Below, one piece after another: positions 26,768 through 39,900 of a stretch of 64,000 bases of DNA (positions within the stretch are counted from its first letter, which is position 1; each line of letters starts with the position of its first letter). This stretch comes from Eledone cirrhosa (taxonomy: Eukaryota), in assembly GCA_964016885.1 (NCBI GenBank), contig OZ024743.1, positions 214,582,001 through 214,646,000 of the forward strand. Direction: 5' to 3'. A program made the position numbers and the translations under genes. The notes below the pieces were generated by a model. That model was given only the letters and a program-made list of their open reading frames with translations, had not been told where the DNA came from and did no database searches.

Positions 26768-27234
26768 GATGCAAATAGACCTGATATAATACTGAAGGAC
26801 TTTAAAAAGAGGGTATGCCTGCTAATTGATATGTCCGTTCCAATTGACAAGAATATATCTATAAAAACATTTGAAAAATTGAGCAAGTATAAGGACCTGG
26901 AGATAGAATTTGGAAAAATATGGAAATTGAGAACTAAAACAATACCAGTGGTTGTAGGCGCTCTAGGAATAATACCTAAGGGGTCTAATGATTACTTATC
27001 GCAAATCCCAGGAAACCCGCGTATAGGAGAAATACAAAAGATAGTACTAATAGGAACTGCCCATATACTAAGGAAGATTCTGTCAATATAAGTACATCAC
27101 AAGTCTAAACACTAAAGATGCATGTGTGAGTATGTATGTTCTTTCTTGAACATGGCGGACCTTGTTGTCTCTTGAGGTCACTGATTGTGACTTGGTGATA
27201 ACACTTATGAACATAAAGCAAGATAAATGCAGCT

Positions 27235-27235
<1 letters not shown>
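26765..27235 (+). mobile_element. 5'-truncated Dong subfamily A copy
   Basis: Matches 17940-18412; (TAA)n on both sides. Confidence 0.9.
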
Positions 27236-27280
<45 letters not shown>

Positions 27281-27287
27281 TAATAAT

Positions 27288-27395
27288 GATTTCTTTATTA
27301 ACCACAAGGGTTTACATAACATAGACATTAAGGACAGTGCAGGACAATACGGGACGGTACAAATGGGCATTTCTGCGTGTAAAACACAAAAACAG
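27288..27395 (-). mobile_element. ~108-bp 3' tip of Tx1 subfamily A
   Basis: Matches 20851-20950; (ATT)n on both sides. Confidence 0.85.
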
Positions 27396-27433
27396 ATAAT
27401 AATAATAAGAAGAAGAACAAGAAGAAGAAAGGG

Positions 27434-28248
27434 GGACTGAAATCGGAGACTGAAGGACTGCTTATATCAGCACAAGATCAGTGTCTACCAACAAAAAATT
27501 ACCAAGCCAACATAATAAAGAATGGATGCACCCCATTATGCCATGTATGTAAACAACAACCAGAGACCATTCATCATATAACTTCAATATGCAGTCCTAT
27601 AGTTCCAACCGAATACCTAAACGTGTACGACAGAGCTTCACAATAGATACATTGCATAATGTGTAAGCATTTTGACCTGCCCTCTCAAAAGAATTGGTGG
27701 GAGCATCAACCACCTCCCGTACTTGAAAAAGATCACATCTTAATCTTGTGGAACTTTAGGATCCAAACAGACCGAAAAATAGATTTAAATAGACCTGATA
27801 TAATACTGAAGGAGTTTAAAAAGAGGATATGTCTGCTCTTTGATATGTCCGTTCCAATAGACAAGAATGTATCTATAAAAACATTTGAAAAATTGAGCAA
27901 GTATAAGGACCTGGAGACATAAATTGGAAAAATGTGGAAGTTGAGAACTAAAAAAATACCAGTGGTTGTAGGTGCTCTAGCAATGATACCTAAGGGGGCT
28001 AATGATTACTTATCGCAAATCCCAGGAAACCCGCGAATAGGAGAAATACAAAAGATAGTACTAATGGGAACTGCCCATATACTAAGGAAGATTCTGTCAA
28101 TATGAGTACAGCACAAGTCTAAACACCTAAAGATGCATGTGTGTGTATGTATGTTCTTTCTTGAACATGGCGGACCTTTTTTCTCTTGAGATCACTGGTT
28201 GTGACTTGGTGATAACACGTACGAACATACAGTAAGATAAATGCAACT

Positions 28249-28249
<1 letters not shown>
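27434..28249 (+). mobile_element. 5'-truncated Dong subfamily A copy (more diverged)
   Basis: Matches 17597-18412 and ends ...GCAACTG|(TAA)n. Confidence 0.9.
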
Positions 28250-28301
<52 letters not shown>

Positions 28302-28303
<2 letters not shown>

Positions 28304-31300
28304 TTTATTTATTGGCCACAAGGGCTGACATCAAGAAAAACATTACAGAAGGCACAGGACAGTACAGGACGATACGATGTGGGTTTTGTGCGTGTAAATA
28401 TTTTTATTATGTATATAAGAAAAGAAAAAAAAGGACATAGAAACATATATATATCTAAACAATAAAAATGAAAATTGAAACAATGAAAAATCACCAATAG
28501 GGGGGAAACCTCCGAGGGTTACTCGTGGCGAAAACCACACAAAAGACCACGGCCACCCTGACCACCAGGGCAAGCGCCCTCTCTCAATTTTTCCATCTCT
28601 CAAACTACAGACATATATTCAGAGTGGTCCTGTTCACTCTGTCCATTCTCGCTACATTCACCCACCTTTCAACAAACTTGCTAGAAAGCAGCACTTGCCT
28701 CTCCACCCTGATTTTCCTCTTCAAGTGAAACTTGAAAAAGTTAATTAGGGATTCGCCGAAGAGGAAAGTGTATGTCTTTAACCCTTTTAACCTTCTCCAC
28801 CACACAATCTCTTTCGCCATGGCCACCAGGCAGATGAAAACCGCCTGCCCTTCCTCCTCGAAGGAAGACGGCGAGACCATCTGAACAATGGACTCAGTCG
28901 ACAACCGGATCAGTCTCACACGCGACAGCAACTGTTCGACATAGCTCCACAAGTCAGCAATGATCGGGCACTGAACGAGTGCGTGCACAACGGTTTCGTC
29001 GCTCTGTGCGCATCTAGGACAGGCTCGGCTGGCGGCACTTCCGTGCCTGTAGAGCTTATCTCGAACCGGCAGCGCTCCCCGGTAGCACTGCCAGGCCAGG
29101 GATTTGGGGAAGTTATCCATAGGCCCCGGGCTGAAAGTTCTCCGGAAGAGAGGAAACAGCTGATCTTCTTTGGCGCCCAGGATCTCTCCGAGAAAGTCGT
29201 CGCTCTACCCCTCCACTAGTCCTCTATAGAACGCCGAGGTGGATGTTCCACCGATACTGGTGCCCAGCTGGGAGAGGACAGTGAGCGCCTAGAGACATTC
29301 CAGTTTCCAAGCGCTATCCTTCGGTCTTTTTCTGACCCAGGACTGCAGCTCCGTCAAGGAGACGAGCTGTGGGAAAACGTGCCTGGTGAACGGCGACCAC
29401 ACCCGTTCACCATCAAGGAAGCACCAGAGATGTCGCAGCCTCAGCGCATGTTTGCGCATCATCAGCCATGGCATGCCCAGTCCTCCACGCAACGGGTGTT
29501 AACAGCAGATTGATCCTCTGACCATGGGAGCGCGTCCCTTCCACAAAAAGCGGAAGAGGAGGCGCTCCATGTTGGTGTAGTTGGGCTGGAGCAAGAGACG
29601 ACGGTGAATCGGTAGCAGATGACGGATGCGATGTACGCATTCGCCACCTCCGCCCGGCCTTTCAGGGACAGCTTCCTCTCAGCCCATTACTGGGTGAGGG
29701 AGGCCACCCTGCTCGTTACCTCGTTCCAGTGTTTCTCCATCTGGAGGTCCGGTCCGAACTAGACCCCTGAAATTTAACCGGTCCGTCCGTCCAACGCCCC
29801 ACGACGCTGTCAGACGGCATGGACTTGCCTCACCAGGTGCCGAGCTGCAAGCCCACCGACTTTTCCTGTTATATCTTTGCTCCTGTCACCGCTTCGTATT
29901 GCTTGAGAGCGGTGCCGAGCATCTGGACGTGTCTGGTAAACGACACCAGCACGGTGACGTCGTCAGCGTAATCCAACTCGGATTTTTCGCATTCTAGTTC
30001 GCGTGGGACGCCCCTCATCGCCCCCAGTTTATGCAGTAACGGCTCGAGAGCCAATACGTATAAGAGGGACGAGAGGGGACAACCCTGTCGGACTGAGCGC
30101 ATGATGCTGAACCGCTGAAAACGGGCCCGAAACTGGCTGCCTCGAGGAGTGCCGCCAGGTACCGATGGTCGACCCTATCGAATGCTTTGGATTGATCCAA
30201 GTTGATCAGGGCCCCACCTTGCCCACTCCTTAACCACCCTCTCTATGATGTATAACATGAGGTGGAGGTTGTCGTGTATGGATCTCTCCGGAGTGGCGCA
30301 TATTTGCGCTTCTCCCACCAGACCCTTGACGACAAGCGCCGGGTCTTATTCGGGTCTTTTCTCAGCAGCGTCACTGCTCCCCGGCTCACAAAACTGGGAA
30401 TGCTCCCGTCCTGCTGCCAGTTGCAGTAGACGTCTGCCTAGAGGTCACCGAACAAATGCATAAAGCTCGTAGGGCAGACCATCTAAACCTGGCGATTTAA
30501 CCCTTGTGCAGATAACCATCGCTTCCTGTATTTCACCGGCTGTTATTGGCTTTTCGCAACACTGTGCTGCGGTCGTCGAGAGCCGAGGCAGTCCGTCGAG
30601 GTATGCACTGAAACCATGCCCCGATCCCGGCCGCCGCCGCTCCCGAACAGTTCAGCAAAGTGCTGCTGAAAAGCTTCACACATCCGCTCGGGTTCGAGCA
30701 TCACGCACCCGTTTTGGTCAGACAAAGACCGAATTGTGAATTTGTCGCCACGTCGCGACTCAACCACCTGGGCCAATTGGACGGATTTTGTCACCTCGTG
30801 TTTCAGAGCACGCGTCAACGCCCGCTTAACTAATACGCTAATCCGGTCTCTGTAGGCTTTGTGCGCCGAGAAAGACGCGTTCAGCTTCCAGTAACCAGGC
30901 CCTTGTCTATGAAGTCTGTCTATGTCGATCTCACAGATCACAAATTTGTCGTCTGTGTAGTCGACTATTCTAAATTGTGGACAACTTATACTAGCCTTAT
31001 CCAGTTCTCTGCAGAATACACTATCGAGATACAATCTGGATGACCCGATGCGGTTTGTCCACGTCCACATTGGCACATTCGGGTGATCCAGTCGATACCT
31101 GTCAGACAGTTCAAAACGTCTGAGCAGGTTGGTGAGGCTCTTGCACCCTCCTCCCCAATCCCCTAGCCCCACACGATCGCAACGTGCATCTAAGATACCG
31201 TTCCAGTCGCCCACTAACAGTAAAGAGCTGGACGTTCCAAGAAAGGTCTCTAGACGTCTGAAGAAATCTGGCCGACCTGCCCCTGTTGGGGCTTAGACGG

Positions 31301-33927
31301 TTACTAGCCTGAAAGCATTGCCTTTGCTGCCGGTCATGTCCAGCACCACCGACTTACATTCTGGGTCTAGGAAGATGGCCCGTATCGGGAGATCCAAACT
31401 CTCCGAAAAAGGACGGCAACCTCTCCCCCCGATCGTGGACGGCTGGGAGATGCGTATACATCGTGGCCGCCGAAGATCGGTGCGAAGGCTTGTGCTTCGG
31501 AGATTCTGGTTTCACTGATGGCCACCACATCTATGTTTAGTGACCTGAGGTCATTGAGCAGGTGTCCCTGCTTCCAAGATGACCCCAGGCCACGTGCATT
31601 TATACTGCCTATTCTGAATACAGCCATGTTGGATGAGAAACGGGGCAAGTGAGAAAGGGTCACTTACCTTGTTCGTGTGGTGAAGGGACAGTAGAACCGT
31701 CCCTTTCGCTGGTCATGGGTGTTTCCAAGAGGTTATCAGTGTATATCCTCTTGGTAACCGACCCTCTGAAGTCTCCAACTGAGTTGGGGAATTTTTGTTT
31801 TAAAGGTTTGTACTGTTCTATTGAGATTTCGATGATGCTTATGTTTGTCGGGAGAGTTCTTGGTGTTGGTGGGGTGTAGTAGTTGTTTTCTGTGATGTCT
31901 GTGTGCTGCTTTATATATTGTATGAGTTTTTTTTTTGCCATGTTTATGGCTGTGTACTTTTTTGGGGGAGGGGTGATTTTGTTGCTGTTTGGTGTGTGTG
32001 TCTTGTTGTCTTTGCGTTGTTGGTGTTTGTGGTGGTGATGGTGGTGGTGTTACTGCAAGTTTCCTTGCTGCCTTTACCCCCTCTTTGTATGCCTTCGCTT
32101 TTGGAGGGTGAATCTAAGGGTTGTTTTGTTTTTTGTTTTTTGTGGCAGAACGTTTGCCACTTCACTCCCGCCTCAAACTCCATGTCGGATTCCGTGGCGT
32201 CTGGGAGGGGTATGTGCTCCACGGCTGTTGGTGGTGGTAGTGGACCCCTCTTCGGCAATTTTGTTGCTGGTGTAGCTACTTCGAATGTAGCTATTGGTGT
32301 TGCTGCTACTGATGATGCTGGTTTAGTTGTCCGTGGCCTTGGTACGGGTGCTACGGACGTTGCCCTCCTACTCACCGTGGAAGGGGCTTCTTCGTTTGTT
32401 GCCTGCCCTGCTACCTAGCAGCAGAGCAGGTATTGGAAGGAGAGGGGCCTTCTTCGGCGTCTTATGCGGACAAAAGGCCCTGAGGTGACCCTTCGACCCC
32501 CAGAGATAACAATTTGGCCGTCTTCCTTCTACACTTATAGGGAGTTGGAGTCCTTCCTCGATGTCTATGATATCGGGGATAGCGTCGATACATTCCTGGT
32601 CAGTTTGTATAAGCATTTGCATGCCTATACCTGATCAGTTCCCTCTCCCTATTTTTTCTACTTGCAGCATGGTCGCCCTGTTCTCGATTCCAGCAAGGAC
32701 AGACGCGGCCAGCCAAGGTATGGACACGTCGGGTTGGTCCTGGGTCACTTTAACTCTCACAATGTTCTGCCCGCAGTAGGAGTGCACCAAGACTATCTCC
32801 TCACTCTTTAGGGTTTCCAAAGAGTGAGAGTTTACTTCCTGGGGGTGGCGAAAAGTACGTTTACTGTGGCGTACTTTCTGCCTCGGGTGATTTGGGTCTT
32901 GCGTGCCCAGACGCACCCCAAGGCCTTTTGGATTTGAGCCTCCGTGGCTCTCTCCGCTCGATGTGAAATGTTGCTTACGGTGCGGTAAGTCCTCGTCCGT
33001 AGCTGCTGGTCCTTGACAAAATCGGGTGGAGGTTTCAGGGAAACTCATTTGCGCTTCTTATCACCATGGCCCTTGCGACTGCCATCTCCTCCTCTGTGAC
33101 TAACACTGTCTCGATATTTCGGGCGACACCTGCAAAAGAAGTGGTCCCTTTTTCAGCAGCACCACTATTGCTGCCGCTACTGGTCTTACTGGTGGTGCTG
33201 AGATCGCTATTACAGGTATCGGTGTCATTGTTGTTGTTTTCGTTGGTACAGTTGTTGGTGTTGTTGTTGTTTTCGTTGATACTGTTGCTGTTGTTACTGT
33301 TATTGTGGCTGTTGTTATTATTGTTGTTTTTGTTGATACTGTTCCTACTATTATTGTGGTTGTGGCTGTTGTTATTGTCATTTTTATTGTCGTTCTCGAC
33401 CTTACCGCTGTTATTTTTGTTATTATCGTTCTCGACTTTGCCGCTGTTATTTTTGTTATTGTTGTTCTCGACTTTACCGCTGTTATTTTTGTTGTTGCTG
33501 TTGTTATTGATGGTGTTGTTGTTGGTGTTGTTGTTGGTGTTATTGTTGGTGTTGTTTGTGTTAGAAATATTTGTTAATTTTAAATCTGTAACAATCTTTT
33601 TTTTCCTTTGTAATATTTTCGTTTATATACCTCTGGTTGACATGCTGATAAATTCTCCCTCTCTCTGTGTTGTCTTACAGCGCTCTCTCTCTCTCTTTCT
33701 TGTGTTATCAATGTTGAAATTGAAAAAATATATATTTTTACACAAATACGAATACGACACCCCGTAAACGGGTGCCGTATTATTTACTAGTGAACACCTG
33801 TATCAGGTGGGTCACTTCTTCTAAACTTTTATCAAATTTAAAACTTGAATAAAAGGTTTAGAACGGTTGAAAACGAGGTAAACCGTTGAAAAAAAATGGA
33901 GGCGATAAGAAACGTGGCTTCACCACC
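28302..33927 (-). mobile_element. L1/Tx1-like subfamily B, full-length ends with internal deletions
   Basis: 5' junction is (ATT)n|GGTGGTGAAG. ORF1 is divergent (EGRRPNCYLWGSKGHLRAFC). ORF2 starts at 31627 (MAVFRIGSINARG) with APE, RT and Zn-finger fragments. 3' junction is AATAAATAAATC|(ATT)n. Confidence 0.9.
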
Positions 33928-33945
33928 AATAATAATAATAATAAT

Positions 33946-36900
33946 GCTTTCTTCATTAACCACAAGGGTTTACAGAAAATATACATTAAGGACAGTACAG
34001 GACAATAGAGGGCGGTACAAATGGGCATTTCTGCGTGTAAAAAAACAAAAACAGGATGTCACAAAAAATAACAATGAAAAATTCCCCAATAGGGGGGAGA
34101 CTTCCGAGGGACATTTGTGGAGAAAGCCCATTAAAAGGCCACAGTGACCCTCACCCAATTTTCCCCCTTTAATTTAAGGACACATACTCAGAGTAGGCCC
34201 ATTTACTCGGGCCATACTTGCTTCTCTCACATATCTTTCAACAAAATTCTGGGAAGAGAGCACTTCCCTCTCTACAGTGATTTTCCTTTTCAAATGAAAT
34301 TTGAAAAAGTTAATCAGGGCATCACCGAAGTGGTAAGTGCTCATCTTCAGCCTTTCAAACATGTCCACCATACCATCTCTTTCGACATTGCCACCAGATA
34401 GATAAAAACTGCCTGCTCTTCCCCGCTAAAGGAAGAGGGCGGGGCAATCCTCACGATGGACTCAGCTGATAGCTGCAGTTGTTGAAGCCGCTACCCCCAC
34501 CAGCACCACAGCGACAACAGAAACAAAAGACAAAAAAAATTATCTCGTGAAATCGAAATGGATTCACCCAGAATGGACTTTTCCAAACCGAACACCACTG
34601 ACACCACCACCACCACCACAACTGAAATTAAAAATAAGAATAACAAAAATAACGATAACAACAAGAGCAACATGATTTTCCTTTTCAAATAAAATTTGAA
34701 AATGTTAATCAGGGCATCAGCCAAGAGGTAAGTGCTCGTCTTCAGCCCTTTCAAACGTGTCCACCATACTATTTCTTTCGCCATGGCCACCAAACAGGTA
34801 AAAACTGCCTGCCCTTCCCCGCTAAAGGAAGAGGGAGGGGCAATCCTCACGATGGACTCAGCTGCAACAATCCTACACGCGACAGCAGGTGTTCGACATA
34901 AACCCACAAGTCAGCAATGCTCGGACACTGGACCAGTGCGTGCAGGACGGTTTCGTCGTCCTCCACGCATCTCGGACATGCCCGGCTGACGGTACCTCCA
35001 TGCCTGTAGAGTTTATCCCGAACTGGCAAATCTCCTCGGTAGCACTGCCAGGTCAGGGATTTCTGGAAGTTTTCCATAGGCCCGGCCCGAAAGTCCTTCC
35101 GAAGAGATTGGCTAGTTTTTTTCGTCGACGCCTAGAGTTTCTCCAAGTACGTCGTCGCTCTTCCCCTCCACTAATCCTCTATAGAACGCCAAGGTGGAGT
35201 TTCCACCGATCACATTGACCGATTGGTCGAGGGCTGTGAACGCCTGAAGTCATTCCAGTCTCCAAGCGCTCCCTCTCGGTCTTCGCTTGACCCAGGACTG
35301 CAGCTCCGTCAATGAGATGAGCTGGGGAAAGACGTGTCTAGCAAACGGCGACCACACCTGATCACCGTCGAGGAAGAGGTGGAGATGTCGTAGCCTCAGC
35401 GCGTGTCTGCACATCATCAGCCACGGCATGCCCAGCTCTCCACGTAGCGGGTGTTGACAGAAGATGGATCGTCTGACCATCGGAGCGCGTTCCTTCGTAA
35501 AAAAGCGAAAGAGCAAACGCTCCAGCGCAGTCAGGCGGGGCTTAGGACAAGGTACGAAGGTCAGCCGGTAGTAGATGACGGACGCGATGTACTACTTAGC
35601 CACCTCCGCTCGACCTTTCAGGGATAGCTTCCTCCCCGCCCATTTCTGGGTGAGAGAAGCCACCCTGCTCGTCACCTCGTCCCAGGTTTTGCCCGTCTGG
35701 AGGTACGGACCGAACCAGACACCTAGCAATTTAACCGGTCCGTCCGTCCAGCGCCAGACGACGTTGTTGGACGGCATGGACCTGCCACTCAAGGTGCCTA
35801 GCTGCAGGCCCACTGACTTTTCCTGGTCGATCATTGGTCCTGTCACCGCTTCGTATTCTCTTAGTGTAGTGCCGATCGCCTCGATGTGTTTGGCGTTCGA
35901 CACCACTACGGTGACATGGTCCGCATATGCTGACACAGATCTTCCGCATCCTAGTTCGCGCGGGACCCCCCTCAACGTGACCAGTTTGTGCAGTAATGGC
36001 TCGAGAGTCAATACGTACAAGAGGGACGAGAGGGGACATCCTTGGCGGACCGAACGCATGATGTTGAACGGTTCCGAAAGGTGACCGTTCACTCTCGCCA
36101 CAGAGCAGATGTCGCTGTGCATGGCAGCGATCCAGCCTCTGAAGATGGGCCCAAAGCCAGCCGCCGTCAGGACTGCCGCTAGGTAACGATGGTCGACCCT
36201 ATCGAAAGCTTTCGACTGATCTAAATTTATGAAGGACCCACCCATTCCAGGTTTCCTAGCTACCCTCTCTACAACGTATCGCATGTAGTGGAGGTTGTCG
36301 TGGATGGATGTGTCGGGAATGTCGCATGTTTGCGCCTCTCCCTCCAGACCACCAACGACAAGCGCTAACCTCTTTGCTAGCACCTTGGCCAACATCTTGA
36401 ACTCTGTGCTTAGCAGAGTTATGGGCCTGAAATTATCTATGTTATACCCCTTGTTCGGATCATTTCTCTGCAGCGTCACATCTCCTCGGCTTAGAGAGCT
36501 GGGAAATTCTCCCGTTCTGTTGCCAGTTGCAGTCGACGTCCGACAAGAGGCCTCCGAACAAGTCTAGCATATGTACATAAAGTTCATAGGGAAGACCATC
36601 CAAACCAGGCGATTTACCCCTTGTGCAACCAGTCATTGCCTCCCGTACTTCAGCGGCTGTTATCGGCTTTTCGCAACACTCCGCCTCAGTGGCCGAGATC
36701 TGCGGCAGTCCGTCGAGGTAGACACTAAATTCCATCTCTCGATCTGGACCGCCGCTGTCTCCTAACAGCTGTGCGAAGTGTCGCTGAAAAGTTTCACACA
36801 TTTTCCCGGGGTCGAGTAGCATGTGCCCGTCGTGGTCCACCAAAGACCGGATCGTGGATTTGTTGCCACGAAGCGCCTCCGCCTCTCGGGACCATTGAAC

Positions 36901-39900
36901 GGCTTTCGTCCCCTCGTGTCTGAGAGCACGCACCCTAGCTCTGACAACGCAGCCTTCGTACTTTGCATTGAAGAATTGGTCGAGGGCCAATTTCGCCGCA
37001 AGTACGTCGGTTGCGATGCCTTTGCTAAGCGCACGTCTAACCTTTTAACTAGTTCTCCCTCTGTTCTATTTTTCTCTATTGCTAATGCCTTACTAAACCT
37101 AATGGACTCTATTCTAATCGCTCTTTTCAGAGCAAACCACCACTTGTTGTTGACGATGACCCCGTCAACGCCCGCTTAACTAGTTCGCTAATTCGGTCTC
37201 TGCAGGCCTTGCGCGCTGGTAAGGACGCGTTCAGCTTCCAGTAGCCGGGTCCTCGTCTATGAAGCCTATCTCATTCAAGCACACAGATCAGGAATTTGTG
37301 GTCCGTGTAGCTGACTATCTTGAATTGTGGACAGCCTATGCTATACCTATCTATTTCCCTACAAAATAATCTATCTGAGCAGGTTGGTGAGGCTCTTGCA
37401 CCCTCCTCCCCTATCCGCTAAACCCACACAGTCCCAGCGTGCATCTAAGATCCCGTTCCAGACGCCTACTAACACTAAAGAGCGGTACGTTCCAAGAAAG
37501 GTCCCCAGACGCCGGAAGAAATCAGGCCGCCCTGCTCCTGTCGGGGCATAGACGGCCACTAGCCTGAAATCTTGCCCGTCTCCGCTGGTAACGTCCAGCA
37601 CCCCCAACTTACCTTCTGGGTACAGGAAGATGGCCCGTATGGCGAGAACCAAACCTCTCCGAAATGGCACAGCAACTCCTCCACCCAATCCAGGACGGGT
37701 GGGAGATGGTTACACATCGTATCCGCCGAAGATCGGTTCGAAGGCCCGTGCTTCGGAGATTCTGGTCTCGCTGATGGCCACTACATCTATGTTTAGTGAC
37801 CTGAGGTCGTTGTGCAGGTGGCCCTGCTTCCATGACGACCCCAAGCCACGCGCATTTATGCTGCCTAATCTGAGTGAGGTCATGTTGAAATGGAGTTGAA
37901 AAGATGGGAAAGACCACTTACCTTACTTCTCGTAGAGGAAGGATGGTTTGTCCATCCTTTTCATTGCGTGTGGCCTCCTCCGTAAGGATGTCCTTATGAA
38001 TCCTCCTGGAGAGTGCTTGTCGGAAGTCTCCGATGTCTTTGTGGAATTTTTGTTTTAGTGTCGTTTGCGTTTTCTTCGTGATGCGAGTGATTTGTATGTG
38101 TGGATGTGGTGTGAACTTTTGGGTTGTTGTGTAGTCTTTTTCTGTGATGCTGGTATTGTGTTAGATGTAGTGTAATAATTGCTTGTTGTTCAAATTTAAT
38201 ACTGTGTAGTGTGTATCGTTTTGCTTTTTTGCTTTGTTTGCGTTTTTTGTGGGTTTGTTTCTGTTTCGCTTTTTGGTGACTTTTGTGGTGTTGGTGATGG
38301 TGGTGTTGGGGTTAATGATGGTGATGGTGTGGGTGTTTGTGGTGATGGGGTTGGTGATGCTGGTGTAGATGGTGGCATAGCTGTCCTAACTTTTTTGTTT
38401 GATAGTTTATTTGTTTCCCTCTGTATATTTTGGGGGGAGGGGAGGGAAGAGGATTTTTATTTTTTAGTTTCCTTTTCTTTTTTTCTTTTTTCCTGATAAC
38501 GTTTCCCACTCCTCGTCGTCACAATCTGTCTCCAGTTACGATAGGTCGGGGCGTGGAAAATCCTCCACAGGCGTTGGTTTTGGTTGTGGCGTGGTGGATG
38601 GTGTAGGCGCTGGTGCTAGTTCTGGTGCGTTGGGTGGTGGTGCTGTTGGTTTTGCTACTGTTGCTGGGATTGTTGCTGTTACAGTTTCTTTTGCTGCTGT
38701 TTCTGCTACAGTTGTTGCTGCCATTTCTGCTGCTGGTGGTGTTGATGGTTGAGTCACTGTGGTGGGTGAGAGAGGTGGCCTCAACCTTTTAGCCTGAGGG
38801 CAGAAAGCCCTTAGGTGGGTTCCTTCAACACAAACGACACACCTAGGCCTTCTGCCCTCGACGATTACGTTAAGGTGGCTGCCGTCAGTGAGGTCTATTA
38901 CCTCTGGGATCTCCTCAATACTTTTTTGGTCCGCTTGGATCAGGAGCTCCATCCCAGATCCGGACCAGTTCTCCTATTTTCTTTCGCTATTTCGATTATC
39001 TTGTGTTGGCTTCGATGCCGGCGAGAACGGCAGCCATTAGCCAGGGAATTTCGATGGTCGGTGGAACGTTGGTCACCCTGGTCTTCACGAGTCTCTGGCC
39101 ACAATAGCTTGGGATGAGTGTGAAGTTGTCACCTCTTAATGGGGCCATGGGGGGTGGGGGCGAGGCTGACCCTCTACTCATCTTTCTTTACCATTCTCTT
39201 GGCATCACAGAAAAAGACTACACAACACACCAACATTTCACACAACCTCCACACATACAAATCAATCGCATCACACAGAAAACGTACACGACACTAAAAC
39301 AAAAATTCCCCAAAGACATCGGAGACTTCCGACAAGCACTATCCAGTAGGATTTATGAGGACATCCTTCCGGAAGAGGCCAAAAGCAGTGACAAGGATGG
39401 AGAAACCATCCTTCCTCTACGACAAGTGAGGTAAGTGGTCCTTCCCATCTTTTCCACTCCAGTTCAACATGACCTCACTCAGAATAGGCAGCATAAATGC
39501 GCGTGGCTTGGGGACGTCATGGAAGCAGGGCCACCTGCTCAACGACCTCAGGTAACTAAACATAGATGTAGTGGCCATCAACGCGACCAGAATCTCCGAA
39601 GCACGGGCCTTCGAACCGATCTTAGGCGGCTACGATGTGTACGTATCTCCCAGCCGTCCTGGATCGGGCGGAGGAGTTGCTGTGCCATTTCGGAGAGGTT
39701 TGGTTCTCGCCATACGGGCATCATCCTGTACCCAGAAGGTAAATTGGTAGTGCTGGACGTGACCAGCGGAGACGGGGAAGGTTTCAGTCTAGTAGCCGTT
39801 ATGCCCCGACAAGAGCAGGGCGGCCTATTTCTTCCGGCGTCTGGAGACCTTCTTGGAACGTCCCGCTCTTTAGTGTTAGTGGGCGACTGGAACGGGATCT

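Noticed and set aside
33066-33767. 233-aa Leu-rich, membrane-protein-like ORF
   Set aside because: It is the antisense reading of the low-complexity (ACA/ATA-rich) N-terminal region of Tx1-B ORF1.
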